NCBI GenBank assembly: GCA_002269645.1
Contig: NIVC01001039.1
Span: 1 to 64,000 of the forward strand
Reading direction: 5' to 3'
Source of the DNA: Macrostomum lignano
Lineage: Eukaryota
Length of the DNA stretch: 64,000 bases
The translations under genes were made by a program, and so were the position numbers. This document shows positions 35,392 to 47,978 of the stretch, piece after piece. The first letter of the stretch is position 1. The number at the start of each line of letters is the position of its first letter. The notes beneath the pieces are model-generated. The model was not told the origin of the DNA. It was given only the letters and a program-made list of their open reading frames with translations, and ran no database searches.

Positions 35392-37099
35392 GTACACATT
35401 CCTACAGAACAGATAAGCGGTGCAAAAACACGGTCAACAGAATCAACTGACACGTGACAAACAAGCTTCCTCAATCAAATTTAGTGTTGTCACAGGAATT
35501 CCAGTTACAAAGCGAAATTTATAACATTGAACAGTTTATCTAATCTAAGTTGAAATCAAATCTGTTTTTTTAACTCTATTTTTGACACTCCAAGCTAAGC
35601 ACAAACTGTTGCACATGAGAAGTCTCGCATTACAAAATAACAAGTGAAGGTAACTAATAAATTGTTGTTAACTCACGCTGAAGAATAGCTCGAGATGAAA
35701 TAATTTAACAGAGAAGCAGTTTGTATGATGGGTTTTGCATGTCTAATTTATAAGCTGTGCACGGTAGGGGCGTTGCTCCGTTTGCACTCTTTCATTGTCA
35801 GCTCTTCGCAATCTCTTCTCCTGCAATTTGCTTCTCACGATCTGCTCGCTGCGCCAGCTCAGGGACCTCTGGATGCACATGGACTGTTTGAATTCGTGCA
35901 AAAATAATAACTAGAAAAACCAAAATAGCATTGGACATTGCTAAAACATTCGGAGTTATGATATTTCGGTTTTATGATGCCCCTCCATCCCAGAGCTCTC
36001 GCGCGAATGACTGTTTTTTATGTTTATAGCTTAGATAATGAAAAATATGAAAATTATGAAAACAAGTTATGCTCTATAAATTAGTGAATTCTGCTACAAC
36101 TTTTAGGTTACTGGTTACCAGTCCAAGTGTATTCAGAGGTCCCTGGTCAAACTCTTTTTCAATTCATTCTCTACCAGACTCGGGCACTGGGTGGGTACCG
36201 CGAATTCAGTGTTGGTTGGGGCTTGTCATTAAAAAAGGCCTTGTTGTTTGTCTTTATACTAGGATAGTACGAGTCCCAACCAACAACCAACATAGCAAAC
36301 TTACTGTTCCAACTTACCGCATTCGAGATAGCAACATGAAAACTTCTACTGCTTCTTATTGACAAACAAAATCAAAAGAATTTTTTACGGATTTTTTTAT
36401 TATCAAAAACGAATACTTCGAGAGCTCATGCAAGCCACAGTTTTATAATCGAGAGAGGGGAGGAGGGTAGGTGGCGTGACGTGCAGGTGCATAAAGACTG
36501 ACTCGAGGGGGGAGACAGAAGAAGAAGGCGGGTGTTTTATGATTTGTCAAGACGACCCGGACCGGGAACTGGGACAGCAGGCAAGGCAGGCCTCAGTAAT
36601 TAAAGTGCCAGTTCGCTCCGTTTCTATAATCACCCAATCTTTTTCAAGTTGCCAATAGCAACCGAAAGAAGTGGAAACGAGAAGGCTGGGCGGAAATAAG
36701 CCTGTCACCTCTCTTCCCCCCTACCGTCGGGTCCTCATAAACCAGGCTGTCTGGAGAGAGAGATCCCATTTCCTTAAGGCATTCCGAATCCCCCTAGTCA
36801 CCTTGTATGCATGCTAATCTAAAAGCTGCAGAAACTAATTACTTGGATGGCTGCACTTCGCTCGGTGCGATGGGACTCTGCTGCAAACAGAAATTTAAAA
36901 CAAAACAGTGCGAAGATTTCTTAGCATCACCGAAAACAGTGCGGTGCAATGTTTTATTTATCAACCATTTGGGAGGGAGCTGATCAACAAACAGTACAGT
37001 TTATATTGACACTGGATAGCGACATCAGTTATGACTGGCTTGCAGGGCGAACAGGGAGATGAACTCAATGGGACAAATGGGCTGACACTCAGACACAGA

Positions 37100-37102
37100 G
37101 AC

Positions 37103-37157
<55 letters not shown>

Positions 37158-37232
37158 GGCAGACAGACAGGCAGAAGGACAGACAGACAGACAGACAGAC
37201 AGACAGGCAGACAGACAGTCAGACAGGCAGAC
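37100..37232. repeat. (GACA)n microsatellite
   Basis: Seen directly. Confidence 0.9.
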
Positions 37233-37364
37233 AAAAACACAGCAATCGCATCTCAGTGATCCAGATAGAAGACTCAAAAAATCATTTTCATAACTCTGCA
37301 GGCCATTGGATTGGCAAGCAGAGACGCAGCAATGAAAGATGGGCAGAGGACCCAGAGCCAGCAT

Positions 37365-40300
37365 CTACTTGGGATTCTGATCCCTGAAGTGTTTCTGCAG
37401 CCGATTGGCGCCCAAGCCGAGCTGCACAGCCGCCCGCTGCCGATGCCGCTGCACGAAGGCCCGATCGCGCAGGGTGGCCACCTCGGCCTGGCCGCGGGTC
37501 GGGCCGTGCCAGCCAATGGATCTGTACTGAGCCAGCAGGCGCTGATGCTGCAGGCTGCCGCCGGCCGCAGGCAGGGCCACCGCCCGGGAGGGGGCCGGGC
37601 TCTGCCTGTAGTAGCGCATCAGAGAGCGGTGCCCGACAACGGCGCCGGACGGCAGCACCAGCTCGAATGTCTCCAGATCGGTTGGCGCGTCTTCTTCGCC
37701 TGAGTCGGCGTCGTCTTCGCCGGCGTTGGGATCGAGCTGGGGGATCCGATCGGCAAGCAGAGGAATTCTGCTTGAAAATTCTGCCCGAGATTATGCAATA
37801 CTAATAAGATCCCATCGCATCTAAACTGATGTCATCCAGTCTGATCAAATCTAATTTGATCCCATTTCATTCTATCCTATCTAATCCTATCCCATCTAAT
37901 CGGATCCATCCAATCTGATCCCATCTAATCTGATCTTTTTCCCATCAAATCTGATCCCATCTAATCTGATCTTTTTCCCATCAAATCTGATCCCATCTAA
38001 CCCGATCCCATCTAACCTTATCCCATCTAATCTGATCCCATCTAATCTGATCCCATCTCATCTGATCCCATCTCATCTGATCCCATCCAATCTGATATCA
38101 TCTAACCCAAACCCATCTAACCCGATCCCATCTAATCTGATCCCATCTCATCTGATCCCATCTAAACCGAACCCATCTAATCTGATCCCATCCAACCCGA
38201 TCCCATCTAACCCGATCCCATCTAATCTGATCCTATCTCATCTGATCCCATCTAAACCGAACCCATCTAACCCGAACCCATCTAATCTGATCCCATCCAA
38301 CCCGATCCCATCTAACCCGATCCCATCTAACCCGATCCCATCTAACCCGATCCCATCTAATCTGATCCCATCTAACCCGATCCCATCTAATCTGATCCTA
38401 TCTCATCTGATCCCATCTAAACCGAACCCATCTAACCCGATCCCATCTAATCTGATCCCATCTCATCTGATCCCATTTAACCCGAACCCATCTAACCCGA
38501 TCTCATCTAATCTGATCCCATCTAATGATCCCAATCCGCACTCAATCCCAACCCTGATGCTGCTCACCCCCAGACTGCTATAGTCGTAGAAGTCGGCAAG
38601 ATCAAAGGCGTGCTCCCCGGCCAGGTTATACCGACAGTGGCCCTTGTCCAGCATGTGGCTGCGCACCGCTCGCACGCTGTCAAATCGTCTGGCCCCGTGG
38701 CACCAGAGGCACTCGCGCCCGACGCCAACTTTATAATCTAGCAGAGTGATGAGGCCCTCCAGGTCGGACAGCAGGTCCGGGTCGGGGAGAGCGAACCCGT
38801 GCTCGCGCAGCATGTGCGCGCAGTTGGCCTCCAGGCTGGCGGCCACATTCGGGCAGAACAGGCACTCCTCCTGGCCGAGTGGAGACTCGCCATCGAGTTC
38901 GCCCGAGTCTGAGTCAGAGTCGCCGTCAACGCTGAGCCAATCGGGCGAGTCGGAGCGGCCAGGCGTCTCGCGCTGCTCCAGCTGCTCGGCTTCGCGCTGC
39001 TTGTGCTTCTTCGAAGCAACGTGATTTTCGAAAGCTTTAGCGCTGGAGAATTTCTTGTGACAGGCGGAGCAGTAGGGCTGCGGATTAGCGGGCATGGGGA
39101 TTGGGGCTGAAGGACAAAGTGCACAATTCCAGGAGGACAGACTAAGTCTATTCGATAAAATTAAAATGCCAATCGAAAGTTTTTTTATTATGACTTTTTA
39201 ATCATTCGCGAAGCAAGACAATTTACAGGATCTACAGGGGTAAACTTGCTAATGCATCTCTATTATGGTGCCAAGGTACATTCAGACCTGGGATTGATTG
39301 CGCCTTGGCCGCTATACAACCTGTGTAAAGCTATCCGCATGTGTAACACAAAATGCACATGCATCCTAGAATAGACTGCGAGGGGGCCGTAGCCCAGCAG
39401 TAGCGCAGCTGCTCTGGTGTGCCGCGACCCAGGCTCAATTCCAAGTGCAGTCACATTAATTTGGGGCTGAATTGGAATCTCAGCTTGGCTCCGCTTGTGC
39501 AATTAATGACCTTGAGAGCCAACCCCCCAAGGTGCAATGAAGTGTACATGCCTAACGATAAAATAAAGTTAGGGCTGCTGTACACTCCTGTGTGAGTGTG
39601 TGCCTGCGTATGTATCCGCGCGCTTGTGTGCCTGCTCAGGGGAGTTGGCGGAATGGGCAGTAATGCCTCTCGCCGGTTGTGTGCCCATATCGCTTAAAGT
39701 GCGATAGGGTACACACAACCCCCCTGCCTCTAATAAAAAAAATAGAATAGACTGCAGCTTGGGCTACATGTATGTCGCTAGGGGTGGCAACGCCTCGCTG
39801 TTTCTGGACACACAGAGCCCCCTGCAGCTAAGTCAAAAGTAAGAGCTGCATGTGTGTACTGCATAGGTTTGCAACTCGAGTTATTTATATAAATTAATAA
39901 CCATAAAGCAATAGGGAAAAATAGCTTTCTGTCAAGAACTAAGAAAATCTATAGCGATTATAGTTAAACCAGTGGGCTAGCATAAAAAATGTAGAAAAAA
40001 GTCAAAATTATAAGTGAACAGGACCAGGTGCAGTAATATGCACAAATTGATCTAATATTGTCTAAAATCTAGTAAGATTGGATATATGATCACTATTATA
40101 GAAAATCAAAAGCATTTAATCATTTAAATGGAAGAAATGTATAGAAAGGGATTAGATAACAAAACTTAAGCTTTTCATCAATTTTGTAATACGATCCCTC
40201 AAGGCAAAATTTGTTTGGAGGGGATTGTGTACCTAACATGCAAAAAAACACCTTGTAAAAATTTCAGCAATGGCCAATAAAAAGAAGTCTCATAGGTCGT

Positions 40301-41599
40301 TCTATACAATTCACATATCATATCATATATAATATGATATGATATTCATCTATTTTTTACCCCCCTCACTTTCATTATATGATCCCCAATAGCATGAAAC
40401 AATACTCTCCATACTGTAAGGGGATCATAAAACAAAAGTGAGGGGGGTGTCAGGCGGGCATCGAACAAGTTGTATGAACTATTTTTACTTCATATATAAT
40501 TAGTAGCCTACGATATCAAATTTCACTTTTGATATACGATCCCCTGCAAAAAAATTTCTAACTTAAAGGATCATATTACGAAATTGATGAAAAGCCTAAG
40601 TTTTGTTATCCGATCCCTTTCAATACACTTCCTCCATTTAAACGATTGTATAATGAAAGTGAATATAGGGAGGCTCCTATACTGTTCTTGCGAAGACTCT
40701 TGTCCAGGCTTTGTTTGGTTGCCTTCAAAATAGACAGCTTTTGAAACTGCCTTAGTGCAGTGACTTTGACTCTTTGATGGATATGTTTCTAGTCTTTTGG
40801 TGTCTATATTCTTTCACTGTGTCTTTTACATAGGGATCGTATAACGAAAGTGCCTAGGAATGGGGATTGTAAAATGAAAGAATGCCCAAAAAACTCTGGT
40901 ATACATTAGACATCTTTGGCCTTTCTGATAGTGGCATATAATGTTTAATACTTTTAAAAATGAATTGACAATTACATTTGGCCTAGGCCTAATTGTAGGC
41001 CTAGACTTTAAAAAATTATTATTGCTTAGAATATAAAGTCTTTTTGTATAATTTTTGATAATGATAACCTAGAAAGGTTTCTAACTTCATAATCATAATA
41101 GATAATGCCATATTTAAATTTATTATCTAGGAATTTATATCCAAATATACTAAATCACTAAGGTTTGTCATGCTTGCTTGGATAGGCCTATAATGGTCTA
41201 CAGACTGCAATTTATTATACTAAACCTAAGCCTTCTCAATAAATAGAGGAAGGGCTAATATATAAATATCTTTTAATTCTAAATGATATTGATAAGCCTT
41301 GCTTTTTTGTTAAATGTTTGCTTAAAAATAAATTAAAATTAAAATTAGGAATCAAGCCTTGAGGTACTTACCAAGCTCTTTTTAGATTTCTCTTCTCCAC
41401 CACTCCCAGTTGGATTGTGAGCCTCATAATCTGACTTAGCAAACAATGTCTTTTTCAAATTAAACTCATCAATAGGAATGGGGGGTAGATTAGCTACTTT
41501 TCTTTTCAGATTATATCTGTGCCATTCACTTTTATAATGCTCTCGCTGTTCAGCTGAGCTGGCGAGTATAACTCCACAAGAAATGCAAGGAAAAGACAT
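37365..41599 (-). CDS. ZNF622: ZNF622/Rei1-Reh1 cytoplasmic pre-60S maturation zinc-finger protein, ~369 aa
   Basis: Exons 41599-41372, 39077-38568, 37736-37365 join in frame (phase 0). Motifs: CISCGV..EQREHYKSEWHRYNLKRKVANLPPI, YCSACHKKFSS..FENHVASKKH, CLFC..NCAHMLREHGFALPD, ECLWC..FDSVRAVRSHMLDKGHC, LADFYDY, LVLPSGAVVGHRSLMRYYRQ, C-terminal NRLQKHFRDQ. Confidence 0.93.
37810..38535. repeat. ~15-bp repeat (tctaatctgatccca / tctaacccgatccca) filling ZNF622 intron 2
   Basis: Seen directly. Confidence 0.92.
39375..39450 (+). mobile_element. Degenerate tRNA-like SINE head
   Basis: tagcccagcagt (A-box-like) ... ggctcaattcc (B-box-like) in ZNF622 intron 1. Confidence 0.3.
40105..40660. mobile_element. 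Foldback/MITE-like element with nested inverted repeats
   Basis: An arm at ~40108-40203 (..gataacaaaacttaagcttttcatcaattttgtaatacgatcc) is inverted at ~40565-40650. An inner inverted pair cccctcactttcattatatgatcccc / ggggatcataaaacaaaagtgagggg lies at ~40350-40447. It is in ZNF622 intron 1. Confidence 0.6.
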
Positions 41600-41901
41600 G
41601 GCCTGATCCGACCTTAGTTAGCTTAGCTTATTGGGCAGCCAAAAATATTAGGAGGCCTATACAAAATTGATTTCGAGAAATTTAAAGGTTAAATCTTAAC
41701 TACGGTCTGAGGTGAGGCCTGTCGATTATTTGTCTGGCTGATCCCTTTCGCTTGTAATTTTAAAACCGCATAAGTGTTTACACTGCTGACCAGCCAAGTG
41801 CAGGTTTTAAAAAATATTTTAACAGCAGATATTCTCTCTCTCTGTTTAACAGATTTGATTTGATTTGATTTTAAGAGAACAAACTGCAGGCCTACTACTT
41901 T

Positions 41902-42279
41902 GGGTCTCCCTAAAACACGCACCGCACCGCCCCGACCGCTACACATTATAACATTTTTGTCAATGCAGTATTTTGATTGCAAAGAAAACTATTTGTTGTA
42001 AGAGTAACAGAATAATTAACTTTAATTATTACTTTAAATATTATTATTATTTTTCATATTCTTGTTTGCATTATTAAATTAAATTATTATTATTTTATTA
42101 ATATTATTAATTGTATCACTTATTATACACCGAATTTAATATTTTAAAGTAAAAAAACTAAATTTTATAAAAGCTTAAAGCTTAACATAAAACGCATTTT
42201 GAAATGTCTTCAGTTATAGTCCAATTTGTTTTAACGTGCAGCGCTGTGGGGCGGGGCGGTGCGTGTTTTAGGGAGACCC
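41902..42279. mobile_element. 378-bp MITE with ~35-bp TIRs and 8-bp TSD
   Basis: TIRs gggtctccctaaaacacgcaccgc.. and ..gcggtgcgtgttttagggagaccc. TSD ACTACTTT at 41894-41901 and 42280-42287. AT-rich interior. Confidence 0.85.
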
Positions 42280-42837
42280 ACTACTTTCGAGGAAAACTTT
42301 TAGCGTAAAGCAGTATAAAAAATCTTAAGTTGCAGCTGGTGTTCTCTTTCTCATGCATAGTATTTAAAGCAGAAAACTGTTTTTACAGATTATCTTATGT
42401 TATAAACTGCTTTTGTCTTTTGCTAAATGCGAACCCATTAATTTTTTTCCAGAAAATTGCATCAATGCATGCATCCTGGATGCAATATTATTAATGCATT
42501 AATGTATATTACAGTTCTGTTGAGATCCAGTTGGAAAAGAAATCAAATTTATTTATTTTATATTTGTTCTGACTAATGGTTAAAATTCATGGAAAACATT
42601 CTTCAAATTTTCAGCCTGATAAACGCTTGTTTCATTTCATATACAAGCAAAAACTGAGCATTTCTGCGCAAACACAAATCATGATGTGATCGATCATATT
42701 CACTAATTTGTGGGGCCTTAGAAAGTTTTTTATTTTCGGTCCATCAATATTTCAGTTTGCATTCCTGCCGAATTTCATTTCAAGGTCATTGAAAAAGGTG
42801 CTGCTTGCATATGCAACTAGGGAATACAATTAAATCC

Positions 42838-43910
42838 CTAGATTTGCCAATCACGGACTCGGGATCGGGATATCCCGGACTTCGAAAATCCCGGGATTCT
42901 CGAGATCAGGATATCCTGGACCTTGTCAATCCCGTTAATCTTTGTTGGTGCGATTTCGGTTTACAAAGCCATCTAATCTGATTTTAAAGGGCTTTCAATA
43001 GAACAGAATAAAATATTTTGCAAACCATAGAACTGACGGTGAGCTCTGAATTTGAGTGTGATGTACATTTTCGGCCTACGGGCTGGCGTAATAGACGTAC
43101 TTTTTTACATGCCAGTATCAACTCAGGAAAATCACACTTGATTGTGATGTAACCTGAGGAATGATATAGCTTAATGAACAGAGCTATGGCCCGAGGTACT
43201 GATACCAGGGCAGAAGGGGACCATCATGATTCAGACCTCCACCCTCCCAAGGGCACCCCATTGGAAAATAGGTAGATTTGGTTGTGTGTGGTCAAATGAA
43301 AAAAGTCCAACTGTTCTAATCCCAACTATACGGCCAAGGAGTTTTTGAAGGTAGGGATTGCCTTGTATAGTTGTGCCACACCCTGTGCTGGACATCTAAA
43401 GGGTGTCCTCACAATGCTGAGAGTGAAGTCTTTCGCATAAGGGGGGCTTCTGATCTGCGCAAGGTCGAGACCACCTGGCAAGCGCTGTGTGATCGCAAAC
43501 AATGAGGAATTAAAAAAATTATCATTATACATTAATATGCGAGTACCATATGCACAGAGAACGTTCATTATATGCTTACACCTTAAAATCTCTTTACGAT
43601 CTGCCAGCAGCTTCTGTTTTGCATCCCTGCAGCCCCATAGCCTCCGGGGCCGGCGGTAAAAGTCATGTCGAAATGACGTCGATATATTCGCCTTTCAAAA
43701 ACTGGCGACTAATTCTACTCTCTAGCCTGCATACTTAAAAGATTAATAAATCAAAACAGGACAACTAGGTTATGATTTTCGCCTGACAAGTACAGTAGCT
43801 CAGCTGCAGATACTGCTACTCGAGAATGAATGATTGAATTATGAAGCGGAATCGGGATCCCGATGGTCAATCCCGGGATTTTCGAATCCCGGACTATTGT
43901 GATCGGGCTC
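42838..43910. mobile_element. Possible non-autonomous DNA element with aatcccgggatt palindromic subterminal motifs
   Basis: cccggacttcgaaaatcccgggatt near 42875 is inverted near 43870-43895, and the same motif recurs near 56730. Ends and TSD were not resolved. Confidence 0.35.
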
Positions 43911-44494
43911 TACTCGTATATTTTAAACTATGCCGTTATTTTATATCTTAGCCTATGCGGAACGGAAAGTTAATACGCGTTTTTGCCACTTTTGCACGCG
44001 CTAAGAGATAAGATAAGGTTTCGAGCAGCACGCAGAAAACGCTATAGAATATCAAACACAGCATAATTATTGTGTATTTATTAATTCAAATTACTCATTC
44101 TTTTTGTATGATAAGTGAAGTAAATCCAATCCAAAAACTCTAGCTGTAGCGTCGTTGCCTGACAACAGTCACAACAAACAATAGGAGAGGGAGTGGAATG
44201 CCTTTAATGCAGCAAAATTAACGTACATACTACATGCGGATACCTGACGTACTTGGCCGAAGTACCTTGTAATCATACTCATAATCATAATGAGTATTTT
44301 TAGAACTGCAACTGCAAGCGCCATAAACATGCACTGTGAAGTATGCTCGTAAACTGACTTAGTTTTTATAATTTCAAGTGGAATAAAAATAGAAATAGCA
44401 ATAAACAAGATATGTTAATAAAAAAGCATAAATAGCAATAAAACAGCAGACTAAATCGCCGATCCGGTAAGTAAAGTCTAGCTGACTCCAGCAG

Positions 44495-47400
44495 ATGGAA
44501 TCCGAGCTACACCGCGCCTGCCGCAACCGCCATGAAGACACCGTGAAATCGCTGCTGAAGTCCGGAGCAGACCCGGACACTCGAGACTCATTTGGTCGGA
44601 CGCCGCTGTGGGTGGCTAGTCAGCTTGGTTTCGTGGAAGTGATGACGCTACTAATAGATGCTGGGGCTCAGTTGGATTGTCCGCAGACTGATGGAGCAAC
44701 TCCTCTGTTCGCAGCGGCTAAGGCAGGAGGCGACGCAGCTGTTGAGAAGCTACTGGAAGCCGGCGCTAATCCGGACCTCCGTTGTCTGGACGGGTCAGGT
44801 CCGCTGCTGATCGCGGTTCAGACAGGACACGTTGACGTTGTTCGGTGCCTGCTAGCGGCCGGAGCTGACGTCAACTTGAGGAGAAACGATCTCTCGTCGC
44901 CGCTGCTAATCTTGGCTCAATATGGACAACACAGCGTGCTAGAGATTCTGCTGCGGGCGGGACCCGATCTTCACTTGCCTAACAGAAATGGTTCGTGCCC
45001 GCTCTACGCGGCTTGCTGGTTCGGCTACACATCTGTCGTTGAAAGGCTGCACCTGGCTGGAGCAGAGGTGAACCACTGGAACAGCATCGGATTCACACCT
45101 CTGCACAAGGCCGCTGAGAACGGGCATCTTGATCTGGTTCAGTTTCTAATTAAAATCGACGCCCAAGTCGATGCCCTCAGCAACACAGGTGCAGCACCGC
45201 TTCACCTGGCCGCCGAGAACGGGCACGCAAGCATTATCCAAGTTCTGCTTCAAGCCCGTGCATCGGTAAATGCACAGGATGAGGCTGGAGATTTGGCCAT
45301 TCACCGTGCTGCAAGGCGGGGCCATAAAGATGCGCTCAGAGTGCTGCTGATGGCCGGGGCCGATGTGAACTTGGAAAACAATGTAGGGAACACTCCACTT
45401 ACTGTGGCGGCTGGGCACTGTACTCAGCCTGAGGTATTGAGCCTGCTACTTTCCGACGCTTCTGTGAACTACATTGAAGCGGCGTTGTCGGCCTCTCTTT
45501 TCTACGGTCTCTCCGGCAACGCCCTGCAATTCTTAAGCGTCCTGCACGTTGATGCAAAGGCACTGAGACGGATTGTGCCAAAGTCGTGCATGCAACTGGC
45601 AACTAGCTGCTTGCATCGAGCCACAAAGAGAAACTCGAGTTTCAACCATTCTTCGATTTTGACAAGGTATTAAAAAGGACACGGTCCTCTGGAATAGTAA
45701 GAGGGTATAATTTAGTTATAGCTTGAGTAATTCGTAGTAAGAATTTGAATAAGTATGAATGAGTAGTGAGTATTTGAACAGGGTGTCAGGCAAGAGTAGC
45801 TCACTCTCGCTTCTTGCGCCATGACCCACTGGTTGATTCCGTGCAATATTTATTTGGGGCTTGTGTGCACAACAATTGGCGGGAGGTTGGCGTGCAACTC
45901 ACATCCATCCATGAGGGCCAAAGCCCAAGGCCAAGGCGTGTGTACGAGTGTGTGTTTGCGTACAGTATTCGCGTGCTTGGATGTGCTCAAAGCAGAATAG
46001 GCAGCGGACGCTGCCCGGTGTTCCATGGTGCTCACAACCCAAATTACTATTACATACGAGCTATTTCAATCATTATAGAGCCAAAATTTCGGATGATCAT
46101 CAGTTTAGTCAACTGCTATTTGAGTCTCTTTGCTGCTCGGGCTTTACAAGAGACGGCTCCGTCACTCAGCAGGCGCAGGCAGATGTTCTACAACAAATAG
46201 TTCGGAAATTAAAGCCCAATACCTGTATAAATGTAGTTGGCAGCTACAGCGAGGGTTGGGGAAGCTCTCTAACAAGTCTGGACGGTGGCATTGACGAAGA
46301 TTCCGACATAGACTATACGGAGATTCTGCCAGTTGAGCTGCATCTTGTTGGCTACTGCCAGTGCCCGGCGCCTGATTCCGAGAAACTATTGACGTACGAA
46401 GGCGGCTACGCTCGGTTTCGGGCTGCTAGTAAGCTCATCCACAATCAGCTTTTTTATCGTATAATGTCCTGTTTATCCTGTACTGTTGTACCCAGACGTT
46501 TTAAAAAGCAATTACATTTCATATTCTGGCAATTTCTCTGTCTTTCAGCTGCGAACCCCAGCAATCCTCAGTTGCGAACGCTGCAATCGCCAGCTATGGA
46601 TTACGTGAATTCAGTGAGGGCTTGTTGCTATCCAGACATAGACGTGCTGACACCTGGTCGAGCCACTCACATTCCACAGGACATGCTTGAAGCGCTACGA
46701 AACGAAGTACTTCAAGCCAAGGCCCGTCAAGCATCACCGGCTCATTCTGTTCATAAGCCTGCGTCCCCGTGCCACCTGGTCAGAGCGGCGCCTCCGGACA
46801 GAGAGGGTGAATGGCTGAGACTCAGCACAACATTTTTGGAGAGGCTGATGATTCGCGGCTTCAGCACGCTGCAGGGTCAACTATTCGTTATACTGAAGTT
46901 TATCATCAAGCGACACCTGTCCAACACAGTGAGCGGGCTCAAGACTTACGTAGCGAAGACTTTAATGTTTCGCATGATACACGAGAGTCCAGCTGAGGAA
47001 TGGCACCCATCAAATCTGCTGCAACTGATCAAGAAGGCTTTGGGAATTCTGCTCGTTGGTCTGCAGCAGGGGGGAGAGCATGAGTGTCTGCCGCACTTCT
47101 TTGCGCCCCACGCCGCCGTCTATTTGCGCAAAGGCCACTCGACAAAGCAAGACATATATAAGGCGATAGTTAGCACAACGAACAATCTTCGCCAACCATT
47201 GATAACGCTCATGGACCAGCTGGTACCTACGAGTCACTCGGACTACCATCAGTTTCACCCGTTCACATTGATACCTGTAACCTACGAACTGCAATCGGAT
47301 TTTAAGATAACCAGCTTTCTGGATCTTTATCCAGCGGCTTGGACTCAGCTGCGAGGTTTAGCAAGCGACTCGCATATATCGATGTCGCTTATCAACAGCA

Positions 47401-47978
47401 TACCAGACTTTGCATTCGCTATGCGAGAAAGTTTTCGAGTGATGGCCCAACTGAAGAATGACAAGCGTGAAGATGCCTTGCACACGCTGAGATTGGCGCT
47501 TCACCACAGGGTCAGCCGAACTGTTGTCAAGAGACAAAAAGAGGCCACTGTGTCGGGCGTTTTCGAGTATTTGGAAAAGAAATTTGTCGCAGTGGATGCA
47601 AGCTACAGGTTCTGCTTTCGTTTCGATAAACGACCCGAGCTGAGTTTTCTCCCAGCTTTGGCCAGAATAAACTTTCCGCAGAAAATGCTTTTTTATGGCA
47701 ACAGGTTCTTCATGAACTTTGACACCCTGCTCAAGTGGCTCAGCCTGGAACTCATCCCCAACCAAGCTCAAGGCGAGTCGCAGCGCTGGTTTGAAGAACT
47801 GCTGCACGACCAGCACATTGACGCTCTCGACTTGGCGATGGCCTTGCAGTTCTGCTCAGACGGTAACATTCTGGCCGCTATTATTCAACGAGAGCGCAAT
47901 GTCATCGCTGCTTTGCCGTCGCTGCGACAGGGCTTGGAGGATTGCAAGCGCCGATTGGTGAGTCACCGAAGCTTCTGA
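44495..47978 (+). CDS. Ankyrin repeat (x10) - Mab-21/cGAS-like nucleotidyltransferase (cGLR) fusion protein
   Basis: ORF 44495-45673 has 10 ankyrin repeats (G.TPLH.AA..GH pattern). Donor AG|gtatta at 45666/45667 (phase 2) joins in frame to acceptor cattatag at 46078 (or aatag at 46000). The downstream frame has VVGSYSEG..DSDIDY (GS + DhD), PAMDYV, WLRLSTTFLE, LKTYVAKTLMF, EEWHPSNLL and CLPHFFAP, all characteristic of Mab-21/cGAS. A probable extra in-frame intron spans 46429-46548. Confidence 0.82.

Noticed and set aside
34790-37360. Iron-responsive element upstream of ALAS
   Set aside because: The CAGTG occurrences on the minus strand (~36185, ~37010) lack a complementary 5-bp upper stem.
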